Source: Octopus sinensis (Eukaryota). From it: DNA of 64,000 nt. Of this stretch, positions 1 through 13,668 are shown piece by piece. Every line of letters begins with the position of its first letter. Position 1 is the first letter of the stretch. The DNA lies in assembly GCF_006345805.1 (NCBI RefSeq), contig NC_043005.1:92628001-92692000 (forward strand), given 5' to 3'. The position numbers were made by a program, and so were the translations under genes. The notes beneath the pieces were generated by a model. It did not search any database. It saw only the letters and a program-made list of their open reading frames with translations, and was not told where the DNA came from.

Positions 1-357
1 CTAAGCCAACCACAGAGTTGTGACTGAATTTGTAGGTGAAAACTGCAGAAACGTTCACCAGAAAATGACTGAAAAACATGTTTATAAAGAAGAGTTGTTT
101 GCTTCATACTCTTCATGTGCCAATTCTGCCCAAAAGAAAGGAACAAATAATACAATGTGGCTGTAGGTCATAACACCTGGGCAACACCAGGGTGCATTGC
201 TAGTAATAATATAAATTTCCTATACGAAATGAAATCATTTGTAATCTCTATGTTGTGTTATTTCTTCTAGCAACATCATTCTATGACACTAACAAAGAAT
301 AAAAGACAAAGCTGACATTAGCTTCACTGGTTTCTAGAACAATGAAGCACCATACTA

Positions 358-1533
358 TCAGGTCATTAAGAATGAAATGTCCAATTTTCTTTTGCACCAA
401 GTTTGACAGTCGTTAACTCTAATGTGTTATCCTGAGAATTCTTTGTTTTACAACTTTCAAGAGTTACACCATCACTTTTCGAAATCCAATTCATGGTATT
501 TGATTATATTGTGCGTTTTCTCTTGTAAATCAATTTTTGTGAACGTATGGATAGATAAAAAATTCGTGTTGTTTATGAATATGAGTTCCTTCGTGAATCC
601 AATGCATCCCAGACAGCTCGAAACATCAATAAGGTGTTTGGTGAAGATGTGGCGCCTGAGCACACTGTACGTTTGAGAAGTTCCAGTCTGGTGACTTTAC
701 TCTTGAAAATAAGCCGTGGTAGACCTGAGACCAAGGTGGGTATTGATGAGCTGGAAACAGCGGAAGCAGACACATCTCAAATTGTACCTGAGTTAGCAGC
801 AAGGTTTGATGTTTTGATTCCAATTGTATTTGGACCATCTGAAACAAATCAGCAAGGTAAAGAAGCTAGACAAGCGGGTACAACACGAACTGAAAGAGCA
901 TCAAATGACATGTCGCCTTGAAACTTGCTGTTCTTTGCTGTCATGGTATAAAAGCGAACCATTTTTGTATCGTATTGTTATGTATAATGAAAAATGGATT
1001 GTTTTCAACATTAAGCAAGCATTCTGCACAGTAGTTGGATAGAGACAAAGTGCCAAAACACAATCCAAAAAAAGCTAATGGTGTAGCACTGGTGTCATCC
1101 ACTACAGCTTCATGAGACCTGGTATCAACCAATTAAACAGAGACAGGCCAATTCTCTTGCAAGACAATGCTTGACCACATGTTGCACAAAGAATGCTACT
1201 CAAGTTATAGGAACTGAACTTGGAAGTACTCTGTCATCCACCATATTCACCAGACCTTGCACCAACTGGCTATCATTTTTTTCCAGGCATTAGACAACTT
1301 TTTGCAAGGAAAAAACTTCAAATCTGAAGAAGATGCAAAAACAGCCTTTCGTAATTTCATCATCTCTTGTTCTCCAGAATTCTTCACTGCCAGCATAATC
1401 AAGCTATTGATAAAATGGTAAGATTGTGTTAATAATTTAGGTGCATACTTTGATTAATTGCATTGCTTTTTGTTGAGATCAGGTAAAATAAATTTTCAGT
1501 TCAAAATCAGCCATTTCATTCTGAATGAGCTGA
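358..1533 (+). mobile_element. Decayed mariner DNA transposon
   Basis: TIRs TA|tcaggtcattaagaatgaaatg and catttcattctgaatgagctga|TA. Transposase remnants: RVQHEL (for WVPHEL), YNEKW, LLQDNA, HPPYSPDLAP. Many stops and frameshifts. Confidence 0.9.
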
Positions 1534-1635
1534 TAGATACTATAAAGCATCAGAATTTCTATGACTAGGTTATCATTGCCACTGTCTTGTTACTAGTTGG
1601 AAATAAAAGAGATTGCAGTTAACTAGCAACCTTAC

Positions 1636-1744
1636 CTCTGTGCATAATCCTACGAGAATGCATGTGCTCCAGGGCACTGCAAATCTGAATGAAGTACTTC
1701 CAGATGGTCTTCTCAGGAATCAGCCGGCTACGCTGTTTGAAATG
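1636..1744 (-). CDS. NEK7: NEK6/7 kinase coding exon 4 (HFKQRSRLIPEKTIWKYFIQICSALEHMHSRRIMHR)
   Basis: 109 nt with cccag acceptor and gtaagg donor. Kinase subdomain VIa up to HR(D). Later exons lie left of the window. Confidence 0.93.
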
Positions 1745-2107
1745 CTGGGATAACAGAAAAGGAACAGAGTGAGAGAGAAAGGTAGAGAGGGAGGGAGAGA
1801 CAAATATGAAGACTGCATAAAACAATGTAGATGTATATCAAATATAACAAGATATAGAAGTCATTAAGCTAGCTGTTAATGAAATTACTCTAGTCTCAGA
1901 ATTATCCTCTGTCAGCTTTGCTTTACAGTAATATTGGGTTCAAACACTAGCACAAATTATGGTGAGGAGAAACATTCACTTCAACTGTTTCCAAATACTG
2001 AGCAGAGCTTTTGATGTTTGAGCAAAAGTGTTTAAAATCTAAACCTAATCTGTGGGACTCGAACTTTAAGCACATAATTTTAAATTAAAATGAGTGGCAA
2101 TATTTAA

Positions 2108-2255
2108 GGCAAGCTGGCAGAATTGTTACAGCACTGGAGAAAGTGCTTAGTGGCATTTCTTATGACTTTGCATTCTGAGTTCAAATGCTACTGGGGTTGA
2201 CTTTGTCTTCCCTCCTTCAGGGTTAATAAAAACACCAATGGAGCACTGGTGTTGT
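2108..2255 (+). repeat. Degenerate SINE fragment
   Basis: gcaagctggcagaattgtta...ctgagttcaaat...ggttgactttg; related copies near 12440-12600, 22110-22255, 45230-45290 and 50270-50400. Confidence 0.6.
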
Positions 2256-3033
2256 ATTACTGGCCGTGTGCAAAATCTGAAACCAAACTGAGTAGCAATA
2301 TTTTGATATGCACAGCACCAATACAATGATTGCGCAATAGGGGACACAGTTTATAAGTATTTGACAGCAATGTTCCCTTCGATTTTTACAGGTCAGTGTA
2401 CAAAAATCTTACACAGTGCAAATTATTTCCTGAGACAAAACTATCACCATCATTGTTTTAATGTTCACTTTTCCATGCTCATGCACCTGACGGAATTTGT
2501 TAAGGTGGATTTTCTACAGATGGATGCCTTTCCTGTCATCTACTGTAACCTGTTTCCAAATAAGGTCATATTTCCCCATGACCAGACATGCTTACACAAA
2601 AGACTGGAAACATAGGAGACTGCTTGCATGACCGCAATACTCATTTACAACTATTATGTAAGGTCAAGGCAAGGGGACAACAACACATAAGTGTCAAAAG
2701 TATGTGCACATACCCAGGATATGTGCACAATTATTTCTTTAGTGCAGTGATTGAAAAATGTGTACACATACATACAACTTAGGGAACACTAACTGGCACT
2801 AGTTTATTGATCCCCAGAATGATCAATAAAGTACGATTTAAATGCAAAATGTAATTAACAAAATATAGCAAGGCATTTTTGTGTGGTGCTCTACTGATTC
2901 TGCCGACTACTCACCTTCGTATGCCACCTGGCATCTACACTAATATAGAGACCCGTTTTGTATAATACTTCACTGATTCTGCCAGTCTACCATGCACTTT
3001 TGTACTCCAAATAATATTACTAATAGAACAAAC

Positions 3034-3144
3034 CTTTATCATGCGGGACAAGTCTCCAGCATCGGCAAGTTCAAGTACAATGTTCAGTTCATTTTCCTCA
3101 ATAAACGATGCTAAATATTTTATAACATTTGGATGATCGAGTTG
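3034..3144 (-). CDS. NEK7: NEK6/7 kinase coding exon 3 ([37 protein letters not shown])
   Basis: 111 nt, ttgcag acceptor, gtttgt donor, phase 0. Closely matches the NEK6/7 hinge region. Confidence 0.95.
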
Positions 3145-3825
3145 CTGCAATGATAACAGTTAACTTGTCAATTTGTACGGGACAAACCAACATGCTGTTC
3201 ACAGGCCAATAAACAAATTTACTCTTTTAAAACATCAAAACACAATATTACTTCCCATACACCATCAACATCATTTTACATCCTTTTTCTCACGCTAGCA
3301 TGGGTTAAATGCGTCTCATAGCATCACACTGCTTTTTGTGATTTTTCATCATCTGGTATAAACAGCAGCAGAGACAAGACAACCAGCCATCTTCATTATT
3401 GTGTAGGTTATGTTATTTGGCATGGCCTTTAATGGCTGATGCCTTTCCTAACATCAACCCTTTCATAGCATGACTGGGTGCATTTTATTATGCCACCAGC
3501 ACAAGAGGTTGTCTACAGCAATACTAATATGACATTTTGTCCCTGATGAGTACTTTGTAATGTCATTGTTATTTAAAAGTCTTTCTCAGTCAATTATTCC
3601 TTAATGGAATTCTATCTTGGGTCAGATAAACTGATTAGAAATAAAGGATATATAAAAATCAGCCAAAAACTGTAAAGAAAATAAAAATACAAAACAAAGG
3701 ATTATATAAAATTCATTTAAGATGATGCATACATACACATAAACTGAAAGAACCAACAACTATTATACGATACAAACAAAACAATCTTAGCTTGCATAAA
3801 AAAATATTCATTATCTCTCTCTTTA

Positions 3826-5085
3826 TGAAGTGGTATCAAGAAGTGCCCAGACTAGTTCTGCAGCACACAGTTGTGTGCACAGTGAGAGCTGGCAATGAAC
3901 TTTGTGAGGCAGTGTTTACGTCACAAGTTGTGAAATATGTGTTTTTGTGATCACATGTACGCTGTAGTCTGCAATTTTGTCATGAACAGGAAGTTGGAAC
4001 AAAGAGCCAATGTGAAATTATGCATTAAACTTGGAGAAGTCTGCTACAGAGACATTGAGCATGCTTTGGCAAGCTTATGGTGATGAGGTTAATGGGTCAT
4101 ATGCAGTGTTTTGAGTGGCATGGGTGCTTTAAAAGCAAAAGAATGTCCCTGGGAGATGATGAGCGATCTGGAAGACCTGCCATGATCGTCACCCCTAAAA
4201 ATGCAGGGAAAATTTATCAGTTTCTGCAATGAGTATCATCAGAGGACAATCAACAACATTGCTGATGTTGTTGGTTGTCTGTCGTATGGGTCCGTGCAGG
4301 CAATCCTAACATCTGAATTGAACATACGGTGTGTCTCTGCCAAGTCTATCCCCCACCTGCTGACCACTGAGCAGAAAGAACATCATGTCGAAGTCTGTCA
4401 AGATCACCATCAGCATGCCACTGATGACCCAGGATCATCGCTGGTGACAAGAGTTGAGTCTATGGGTATAACCCTGAGATGAAGCAGCAGTTGTCAATAT
4501 GGAAGAAGCTTTCATCTCCATGACTGAAGAGGGCGCAACAGAGCCGCACCTCAATCAAGAGCGTGCTCATCACTTTTATTAATTCCACAGAGTTGTGCAT
4601 CAAGAATTTGACCCCCAAGGCTGGACCATCAATCGAGGGCTCTACTGCAATGTTTTGAAGCGTTTGAAGGAGGACATTCAGCAAAAGCGACCCCAGATCT
4701 GTGGAGCAAGAAGAATTGGATTCTTCACAATGACAATGCACTCTGTCACCGAGCTCTCTTCACTCAAGAATTTCTCACCAAAAGCAATATGGTATTGCTT
4801 CTGCACTTGCCCTAATCACCAGATTTAGCACCTGCAGACTTCCATCTCTTCCCCAACTCAAAGGTCACCATTTTAACACCGTTGTCAAAATCCAAAGCGA
4901 ATTGCAGAAGGTCCTCGACCTGCTTACAGAAGACAACTTCTAAGCTGGATTCCAAAAGTGGCAGGAACACTGGAACCAGTATATTGCTTTACAAGGTGAC
5001 TATTTCGAAGGAAATGATGCTAAAACTTAGGTAAATAAGTTATTTTTTATCAAACATAACTAGTTTGAGAACTTTTTGATACCAC

Positions 5086-5089
<4 letters not shown>
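3826..5089 (+). mobile_element. Decayed mariner DNA transposon (second family)
   Basis: TIRs TA|tgaagtggtatcaagaagt and actttttgataccacctca|TA. Remnants DDERSGRP, SAKSIPHLLT, LKRLKEDIQQKRP, WILHNDNA, DLAPADFHLFP. Confidence 0.9.

Positions 5090-5141
<52 letters not shown>
5090..5141. repeat. (TA)n(CA)n microsatellite at the mariner TA target
   Basis: Seen directly. Confidence 0.95.
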
Positions 5142-5142
<1 letters not shown>

Positions 5143-5631
5143 GATGGATTCTCCTGTCAAAGACGACATATGAACGTTCAGCATCTGCCAAATGATCTGT
5201 ACAAATGATTTATTTATAGTGATGAAATGTTTGTGTGACACATTAACCGACTATCTCCATCAAATCAATGTCGTCTGAACAGGTGCACAGTGTACCACAC
5301 ATGTGAGACTAAGTTTGTTGCTCAAGAACACAATACATCACCCGGGTCCAGAAATTAAAACCTGCTGTATGAGTCAGAGCTCCTTATAGATTATTATTAT
5401 TATCTAGTCAGCTTCCAGTATGGTGGTTAGTCGACCACTGTACTTAGTAGTGTTACAAGCTATGACATACAGAGCATATGTAGGAGAGAATTAAAATAAA
5501 TACCACTATAAATATTTCATTCTTACATAGGTTTCACCATTGCAGTTATTTGGAAGTCGACACTGGATGTTCCAAGTACATTTGGATGCTTATCAGGGGA
5601 ACCCTTTATTGTATTCTGTTATAGAGATCTA

Positions 5632-5667
<36 letters not shown>

Positions 5668-5745
5668 TGGTGTTTATTTCAATTTTTCACAATATTTATG
5701 TGTGCTGTGTGTGTGTAAAGAATAGAAAAAGCAAACAGGCTTTAC

Positions 5746-5808
5746 CTTTAATAAATCTATTTCTTTTATACAATCCTGACGAGCTTTTGCATCAACCATT
5801 TCAAAAAT
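5746..5808 (-). CDS. NEK7: NEK6/7 kinase coding exon 2 (IFEMVDAKARQDCIKEIDLLK), missed by the ORF track
   Basis: 63 nt, ttttag acceptor, gtaaag donor, phase 0. Helix-C motif DCIKEIDLLK. Confidence 0.93.
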
Positions 5809-6236
5809 CTAAAATAACAAAGAATTATCATCATAGCTTGCTTTTCAATATTAAACATTATACACCCCAACTTTTTTTTTAATAGTCTACCCTCAGGGAC
5901 AAATACAATATGAAGGATGAGAGTAGGAAAGGAAGTGCTGGAGAAAAGTTGATATGAGAAAAGCCAGCTCCAAGAAGAAGGTCACTGCACTATGGTAAAA
6001 GAGAGAGAGAGAGAGTATTTCTTTATTCACCATAAGGTTGAGAAAAAGAGGGAACAAAACAAACGTTGGGGCCAGGGTATCGAATGAGACGAAACGTATG
6101 AATAAACAAACAATTAAAATATATACAATTAAATGAGAATGAGTGAATAACAAAAAATGAAGCGGAGGACGCGGTTGACCCCACAAACCACATACTCACA
6201 CTGAAGACTTTGCTTTCTCTTTTTTTACATTCTCAA

Positions 6237-9200
6237 TTAAACAGGTTCTTTCACTCGCAACATACTTGCTATAGAATTCCATCTTTTACGAAACACACTT
6301 TGCGACAGGCATTTCTTCTCCAGCCTTATTTTCCGTTTCATGTGGAAAACGAAAAAGTTGATTAGCTCGAGACTGGAGATAAACATGCTTGTTGCGATTC
6401 CTTTTACTCTCGTCTTCCATACTACTTCTTTCGCCATAGCAACTACCGAGAGAAAACAGGTTCGCTTCTCCCTATTCAGGGAGGTCGGCGGAACTATCTT
6501 AATTACAGATTTGCTCGACAGTTGTACTCTTGTCAAATGCGACAAGCCCAAAGTTCAGTCACCTTGGGGCATTGCACAATCACGTGCAGGACAGTTTCAC
6601 TGTCCCGCTCGCATCTTGCACAAACCGGCGAAGGTGCACACCCATGTCTAAAGAGCTTATCTCGAACCGGTAAAGCTCCTCTGTAACATTGTCAGGCCAG
6701 GGACTTTTGGTAATTATCCATAGGCCCCGGACCGAATGTTCTTTGGAACAGGCTGGCCAGTTGATTTTCGTCAAAGCCCAGGGTTTCTCCCAGGACGTCG
6801 TCACACTTAAACTCTACTAACCCTCTATAGAAGAATGAGGTAGTACCCCCGCCACCGGCGTTGCCCGACTGGGAGAGAAGCACGAGTGCCTGATGGCACT
6901 CTACATGCCACACGCCCAACCTCGGTCTACACTTGATCCATGGGTTCAGTTTGGTAAATGATGTGAACTGTGGAAATAACAGCTTGACGAACGGAGACCA
7001 CCACTGCTCACCGTCCAGGTAAAGCCAGAGGTGCCTAAGCCTGAGCGCATATCTACGCATTTTTAGCCATGGCATCCCTAACCCACCCTTCAGCGGCTTT
7101 TGGCAGCAAATAGAGTGCCTTACAAGAGGTCTGCTGCCCCTCCACAAAAAGCGAAAGAGCATGTGTTTCCAGCTTGTTCAGCCACGAATCGGAGCAAGGC
7201 ACGATGGTCAGGTGGTAAGTGATTACAGAGGCGATAAACACCTCTGCAACCTCCGCCCTCCCTTTTAAGGACAGCTTCCGCTCAGACCAGGTCTGAGTTA
7301 GGAGAGCCACCTCGCTCCAATTCTTCTCTATCTGGAGATCTGGACCTAACCAGATTCCAAGCATTTTCACTGGCCCTTCCGTCCAACGTCCTACGACGCT
7401 GTCGGAAGACATCGACTTGCCCCTCCAGGTGCTGAGTTGCAAGCCAACCGATTTATTCCGGTTGACTTTCGCTCCTGCCACTGCTTTGTAGTCCCTTAAG
7501 GCCTCAGCCACCCACTGTAGGTGCTTGGCTCGGGATACGATGACGGTGATGTCGTCCGCATACGCCGAAGCTGACTTTCCGCACCCTAGATCTTGCGGAG
7601 TGCCCCTCATAGTTTCCAACCTCCTCAGCAACGGCTCGAGGGCCAAAACGTAGAGAAGCAGGGAGAGAGGACACCCTTGATGTACTGAACGTTCAATGCA
7701 GAACGGCTCCGAAAAGAAACCATTCACCCGAACTACCAATTCGATGTTGCTGTATAAAGCGTTGATTCATCCGCGGAAGGTCGGGCCGAAGCCAACCGCC
7801 GTGAGGACCGCCGCCAGATACTGATGGTCCACCCTATCGAACGCTTTCGATTGGTCCAAGTGGACCATAGCCCCACCCTTGCCAGGAATCCTATTTACCC
7901 TTTCTAAGGCATAGCATAGAAAGTGGAGATTGTTGTGGATGGTCCTTCCAGGGATGGCGCAAGTTTGCGCCTCGCCAACAAGTTCACCCACGACCTGCGC
8001 CAACCTTTTTGCTAAGACCTTGGCCAAAATCTTCAACTCTGCGTTAAGCAGAGTGATGGGCCGAAAATTATCAATTAAATCCCCCAGTTTGGGTCCTTTC
8101 TTAACAGCACTACCACCCCTCGGCTCACAGACTTAGGAATTCTCCCGTTCTGCTGCCAGTTGGTGTACACGCATGCAAGTAGGTACCCAAACAAGTCTGG
8201 CATACTACTATAGAGTTCATAAGGCAGACTATCGAGTCCCCGCCGCAGTCTGCCAACACGTCCTCAACTTCTTTGGCTGTGATCGGCGCCTCACAAGATT
8301 CCGCGTCCGGCCTCGATAGACGCGGCAAACTGGCTAGGAAGTCTGCGAGCTTCTCCCAAATAGCTGGGCAAAATGATTGTGAAACACCTTGCACATCTCC
8401 TCGGGTTCGTTTACTAATCGACCATTTAAGCCCGTCAAAGATTGAATGGTTGAGTTGTTGCCACACTGGCCCTCTACCACCCGGCTGCGTTGATCCCTTC
8501 CTGTCTCATTGCACGGATCTTAGCCCTGACAATGCACTCTTCATGTTTAGCTTTGAGATGTTGGTCGAGTGCCAACCTCGCCGCTAACACTTTTGATGCA
8601 CTGCCTGACCTCATTGCTTCATCTATTGCCTTAACTAGTTCCTTTTCTACTTTGTTTCTAGCACTAGCTAGTTCTTTGCTAAATGTAACTGACTCAAATT
8701 TGATGGCTCTTTTCAGGGCGTACCACCATTTGCTGTTGATAATGGATCCGGTTAACGTCTTCATTATTAATTGTTTAATCCGATTCCTGTAAGCTTCAGT
8801 CCAATAGCGACTTGTTTAGCTTCCAGTAACCGGTTCCTCTTCTACACATGCTATCTATGTCGAGCATACAGGTTACTAATTTGTGATCGCTGTAGCTGAC
8901 GATATGGTGTTGTGGACAGCTAAGTATTTTCTTATCTTTCCTTCTAGTTATGATTCTATCTATGTAAGATCTGGACGACCCGTCGTTTGATTGCCCAGGT
9001 CCACACTGGAGTGTCTGGGTGGTCCAGTCTGAATCGATCTGCCAATTCGAAACGACTTAGCTGATCGTTGAGGTAATCCCCTCCTATTCTTTCTCAAGCC
9101 AACATAATCTACGCGTGCATCGCAAATTATGTTGAAGTCACCTAGCAATACTAACGTGTTCGACGTGCCAAGAAAATTCTCTAGGCTTTTGAAATACTCT

Positions 9201-9575
9201 TTCTGCCCAGCTTTTCCTTCGGAGGGAGCATAGACAGCAACCAGCCTGAACACTTTACCACTGCTGTGTGTCACATCCAAAACGACCAACCTGCCTTCCG
9301 GATCTATAAAAACAGTTCTAATCTCTAAATCCAGGTTTTTCCTGACCAGCACTGCCACTCCTCCGCCCCCTCCAGGTCGACAGGGAGAAACGTATTTCTT
9401 GTAGCCGTTTAGAAGGGGCGAAAAAGCCTGCAGCCCAATCAGTCTGGATTCGGTAATTACAACTACATCCAAACGATGCGACCTAAGGTCGTTAAGGAGG
9501 TAGCCTTGCTTCCAATACGACCCCAGGCCGCAAATATTTATACAGCCGAGTTTAAACGAGAATGTGAAAAATTAG
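6237..9575 (-). pseudogene. Tx1-like ORF2 (endonuclease/reverse transcriptase), frameshifted
   Basis: LGCINICGL...DVVVITES, LLGDFN, RPITLLNAELKILAKVLAKRL, LDQSKAFDRV, QGCPLS, AYADD, LSLKGRAEV, C-terminal CARCERDSETVLHVIVQC. Confidence 0.9.
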
Positions 9576-10219
9576 TTGAATGTTTAAAACTAACTGTTTT
9601 AACGGAAGAGAGGGTGTTGTTTCACCCTCCTCTTTTCTGTCTGTGAGTGTTGTGTTTTGTGAGATCATTTTTTTCTTGAATTGCCTGTACAGATGGCTCG
9701 AAAAGTTCATCTGTAACGGGCCGACGTCCTCCGCAAAAGATTTTTTTAGTTCAAAATAGAGTTATCTATAGTATAAAATTCAACATTTTCAGAAATAGTA
9801 TTATTTACATCTGTTGCGATATATTTTTTCGCCGATTTCATTAAAATAATTTTTTTCTCTTAATAGTTTATTATTTTTATTTATCGCCATGAAGGTGTTT
9901 CTTTTTTTTTTATGTTAGGTGATTGTGGAGGGGTGTATGAGTGTGTGTTTGTGGGGGGTGTGTGTGCTTGTAGAAGCGTGGGTGTTTGTAGGTGTGTGTG
10001 CTTTTTCCAGTGTGTGTGTGTTTGCTACTGTATTTGTGGGTGTGGGTGCGCTTGTCTGTCTCGGAGCATAGTCCTGTGTATCCGAAGAGGGTGGGTTTTT
10101 TGTTTCCGTCTTCTTTTTGAAGGTTCTATGGTGACCCACTCCTGGATGTTGTTGTTGTCATTGTTTTCTCCCGCTATTTCTAGCGGTGTGGTTGTTGTCT
10201 TCGGCGTTGTGCTTGGCTC

Positions 10220-11107
10220 TTATGCAGCATTTTCTTTGGTTGTCTTCTTCTTACAGCTCGACCTTATGTGGCCTTTCTCGCCACATTTGTAACACCTGGG
10301 CTTTCTCTCCTCGACTACTACCATCATGCTGGTATTTTCTCCAATGGTGAGGGAACTGGGCAATCTTTCTAAGTCTGAGGAGTTTGCTTGGATCACAAGC
10401 TCTAAATCCTGTCCAAACCAGTTCATGTGGCGATATCTCTTAGACTGAAGAATGGCAATTTCTTCCTCTTTGCCTAAGAGAATCGCTGCTATGACAAAGG
10501 CTACATCTATTTCGGGTGGAATATCTGTGATCGTTATTTTCGATGTTCTCTTTCTTAAATAAATTGGAAGGAGAACTACATCTTCCGACTTCAATGTTCT
10601 TGTTGAATGTTCCCTAGCTTTTTCTTCGCTAGGGAAACACACCTCTACAGTGCCGAAGCGACTACCCCTCGTTATATAACATGTCTGTTGCCATATTGGC
10701 CTCAAGCATTTTTCTATCACTTCCCTCGGCACGAAGTCAATTTTCCTATTTTTCACATGATATGTTTTGTATATTACAGTCTTCCTCTCCGTCGCGTAAA
10801 TTAATTCACTGGGAGGGAACAACTTCACATTATCACCTTCTCTTTTTAATAAACTTTGGCACTTCTTTAATTCTTCCTGATTTATAACTATATTATCACA
10901 GGGGCAAGTTGCTGCACTCGCAAAATTTATTTTTGACTTTTCCTGTTGTTTAGTAGCCTTGCTAGACATCTTGTCGTCTGCTTTTGTAACGCACGCGTGA
11001 GACGCCTCTTTACTTTCACCTTCCTCCTCCCACATATTTGCCTTCATGCCTTCAAACAAATTTTCAACGTTTTCCTCTGACTCGGAAGAAATTGGTTGCA
11101 AATTCAT
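10220..11107 (-). pseudogene. Tx1-like ORF1 (gag-like nucleic-acid-binding protein)
   Basis: First ATG at 11107 (the ORF track start at 11239 is a GTG). CYKCGEKGHIRSSC = CX2CX4HX4C. A low-complexity, stop-interrupted continuation runs toward about 9600. Confidence 0.8.
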
Positions 11108-11427
11108 GTTTTTCGTCACTTCCCCCTTGAAACAAGGGGGATATAACAGCAAAACTCTGCTGCAACAGCAGAAAAGAAGTGGTCTCGACGACCAAAACAG
11201 CAAATTTTCAAACTTTTCAGCACAAAAACAATCTTTCACTGCGGAGCAAAGAATAACACGACCGATCAGAGAGAGAACATGCCTATTGAGTCAGAAGTTT
11301 GAACTTACTGGTGAGCAGAAACAAGAGAACTTTTTTTATATAAACATCAAATAAGGAAGAAAGCAAGAAAATATAGAACTTCAAAAATGAATTAAAAAAT
11401 TCAAGACAAATAATTCTAAAGTTTTAC

Positions 11428-11589
11428 CTGAACTTTTTTCAAAGCAACTACACTTCCATTTGGTCTTGATCTGGCCCTGTACACTTCTGAAAACTGACCC
11501 TTACCAATTTTCTTCTCAACATCAAAATTGGCAAGCATACTTCGGCCATTCTCTTGAGAAATGGTGACATTCAGAGATAGTGGTTCCAT
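11428..11589 (-). CDS. NEK7: NEK6/7 kinase first coding exon (MEPLSLNV...LANFDVEKKIGKGQFSEVYRARSRPNGSVVALKKVQ), missed by the ORF track
   Basis: Gly-loop IGKGQFSEVY and VALKKVQ. tttacag acceptor at 11599-11601 (exon starts 11598), ATG at 11589, gtaaaa donor. Splices in frame to 5808. Confidence 0.92.
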
Positions 11590-11749
11590 TGAGAAGATCT
11601 GTAAATATAAATAATTTACTTACAAAAAGAATGAAAACTGTATAGCCATCACATTTTTGTTGTCTATATTTGCACCATGTACAGTGAGATGTGAAACAAT
11701 GATTTCCATATTTATTGCAAAAAAATCCCAACAGATTTGAATGTGTATG

Positions 11750-11920
11750 TCATCATCATCATCATTTAACGTCCGCTTTCCATGCTAGCATGGGTTGGAC
11801 GATTTGACTGAGGACTGGCAAACCAGATGGCTGCACCAGGCTCCAGTCTGATCTGGCAGAGTTTCTACAGCTGGATGCCCTTCCTAACGCCAACCACTGT
11901 GAGAGTCTAGTGGGTGCTTT
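11750..11920 (-). repeat. RTE LINE 3' tail fragment with (GAT)n end
   Basis: catcatcatttaacgtccgctttccatgctagcatggg matches the 3' end of the RTE copies at 31.9 and 48.3 kb. Further pieces near 28675, 51545 and 51850. Confidence 0.85.
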
Positions 11921-13668
11921 TAAGATGTATTAAGAATAAATATGAAAATCAACATTATAGACACACATATATACATATACATGACTGCCATTACAGAAGG
12001 CTCACCATGTATCTGATCTGTACATGTATGTGTGTAAATGGGTAAACTTTTCCAGAAAACTGGAAATCTCCTTTCTCCATGTTACTAATGTTCATTCAAA
12101 GGAAATATCGAGAAAAAGAAGCACATCCCAGATGGAATAATATAAGAAAATATAATAAAGTGCTGTGAAAACAAGGTCCCATTTGATTAAAATAATCTAT
12201 TCTTTATTCTTAAAGAGGTTGTAAAACACCATTCTGTGAAAGATGATTCTGAGCAACAAAAAGTTGAGAGCTACTGGACAAACCAATACTTAAGAATGTA
12301 AACAAACACTTCTCCCTTTAAATTCTAGTTATATTTATCCATCTGTCAATCCTTATCCCCATTTTCTATCCCCTGGGGATTCTGAGATATACCTTGCCTT
12401 TTCTATCTATTGTAAATCCATTCATACCTAATATGCATTATAGGAATATTAATCGACCACAGTGTTTAATTAGTACTTTATTTTATCGACCTCAGTAAGA
12501 TGAAAGGTGAAGTTGACTCCAGCATGGTTTGATCTCAGACCATATAGGCTGTAACTAAAACTATCACACAGCAATGTGTGTGACACTAACAATTCTGCCC
12601 ATCCCCCTTAATCTACTGCTTCTGATCAATACAGACTATTTGATATCCTCACAAACTCTAGAAATGATGATAAAGTTATAAAAATTTTGGTTAATAAAAT
12701 TACAAAAGGAAAAAGTTCAAGAAGTTGTGAGCTGAAGAAGAAACCAAATACAGGGCTATTCGATATGATAGAATTTTCCTCAAGTCACATCTCGCTGTCT
12801 TGGGAGATTCGGTATATTGATGTAATTTTTCATGCTGAATCTCGGGGCCTAATTCACTTGTCCCAGAAATTGTTTTTAAAAAAGTTACAGAGGTTTAAAG
12901 TTTGACAATTTTTATCCAGTCAGAAAACAGGATTTGGAAACTATCATTTTGTGCGTGACTGCAATCCTAAGGCGACAAAACAATAATGTCGACACTGCGA
13001 TGGTAGCACGTAGTCTAAGCATTTAATAAGCAAAAAAATGAGTAAACAACACACACTTTGTAGTTTTACGCATTCAATATGCATTTAATGCGGAAAAAAA
13101 GAACACATTTTGTATATTTAAGAGTAGAAAAACAGCGTAAAATATCAGTTAGTAAACACGTTTTTTCGTAAGCATTTGGTTTGTTACTATGGAAACAGTC
13201 CGTGGCTTTCGATTAGCTAAAATTACGCAAAATTGCAAACTTTAAAAGCTATCAACTGCTTATTTATTGATTTATTGCGAAAATGAATTCCATGTCAATA
13301 ACGAGCATACAAAGCCCCAATAAATTTGAAATCAATTGGAACAAAATTAAAGAAATTGAAAAGTGACAACCAAACAGGGAAGATACAAATTAGGACACAT
13401 TGGAAACGTCCCACTTTAAAAGTGCCCACAACCAGAATATCTTCGATAAAGTCTCCTCGATCAGGGTTGACATGGGATTAAAAACAACAGCAACAACGTC
13501 TACAACCGTAAGCTATAAAATAAGAGTCGGTGTGAGAGGTGGAGGGAACATCCCTTAATCTATTAAAACTTACTGTTGGGTATAATTTCTGATTAGGCAC
13601 AAGAGGAAAAGAAGAACACTTGACTGGCAACTTTATTTTAGCAACACCAAAAGGATTGGAAGGTATCG

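Larger units (their letters stand above)
6013..11268 (-). mobile_element. Full-length, decayed Tx1-clade non-LTR retrotransposon (copy A) in a NEK7 intron
   Basis: Two-ORF layout: ORF1 with CCHC knuckle, ORF2 with APE endonuclease, RT and CCHC. The 3' end aataaagaaatactc runs into (TC)n; the 5' junction is also ttctctctct. Confidence 0.9.

Noticed and set aside
11522-11731. ORF ending LLNGTTISECHHFSREWPKYACQF
   Set aside because: This is the wrong frame across the real NEK7 first coding exon.
12750-13400. Tc1-like MITE starting TA|cagggctattc
   Set aside because: No matching right TIR found, so boundaries cannot be supported.
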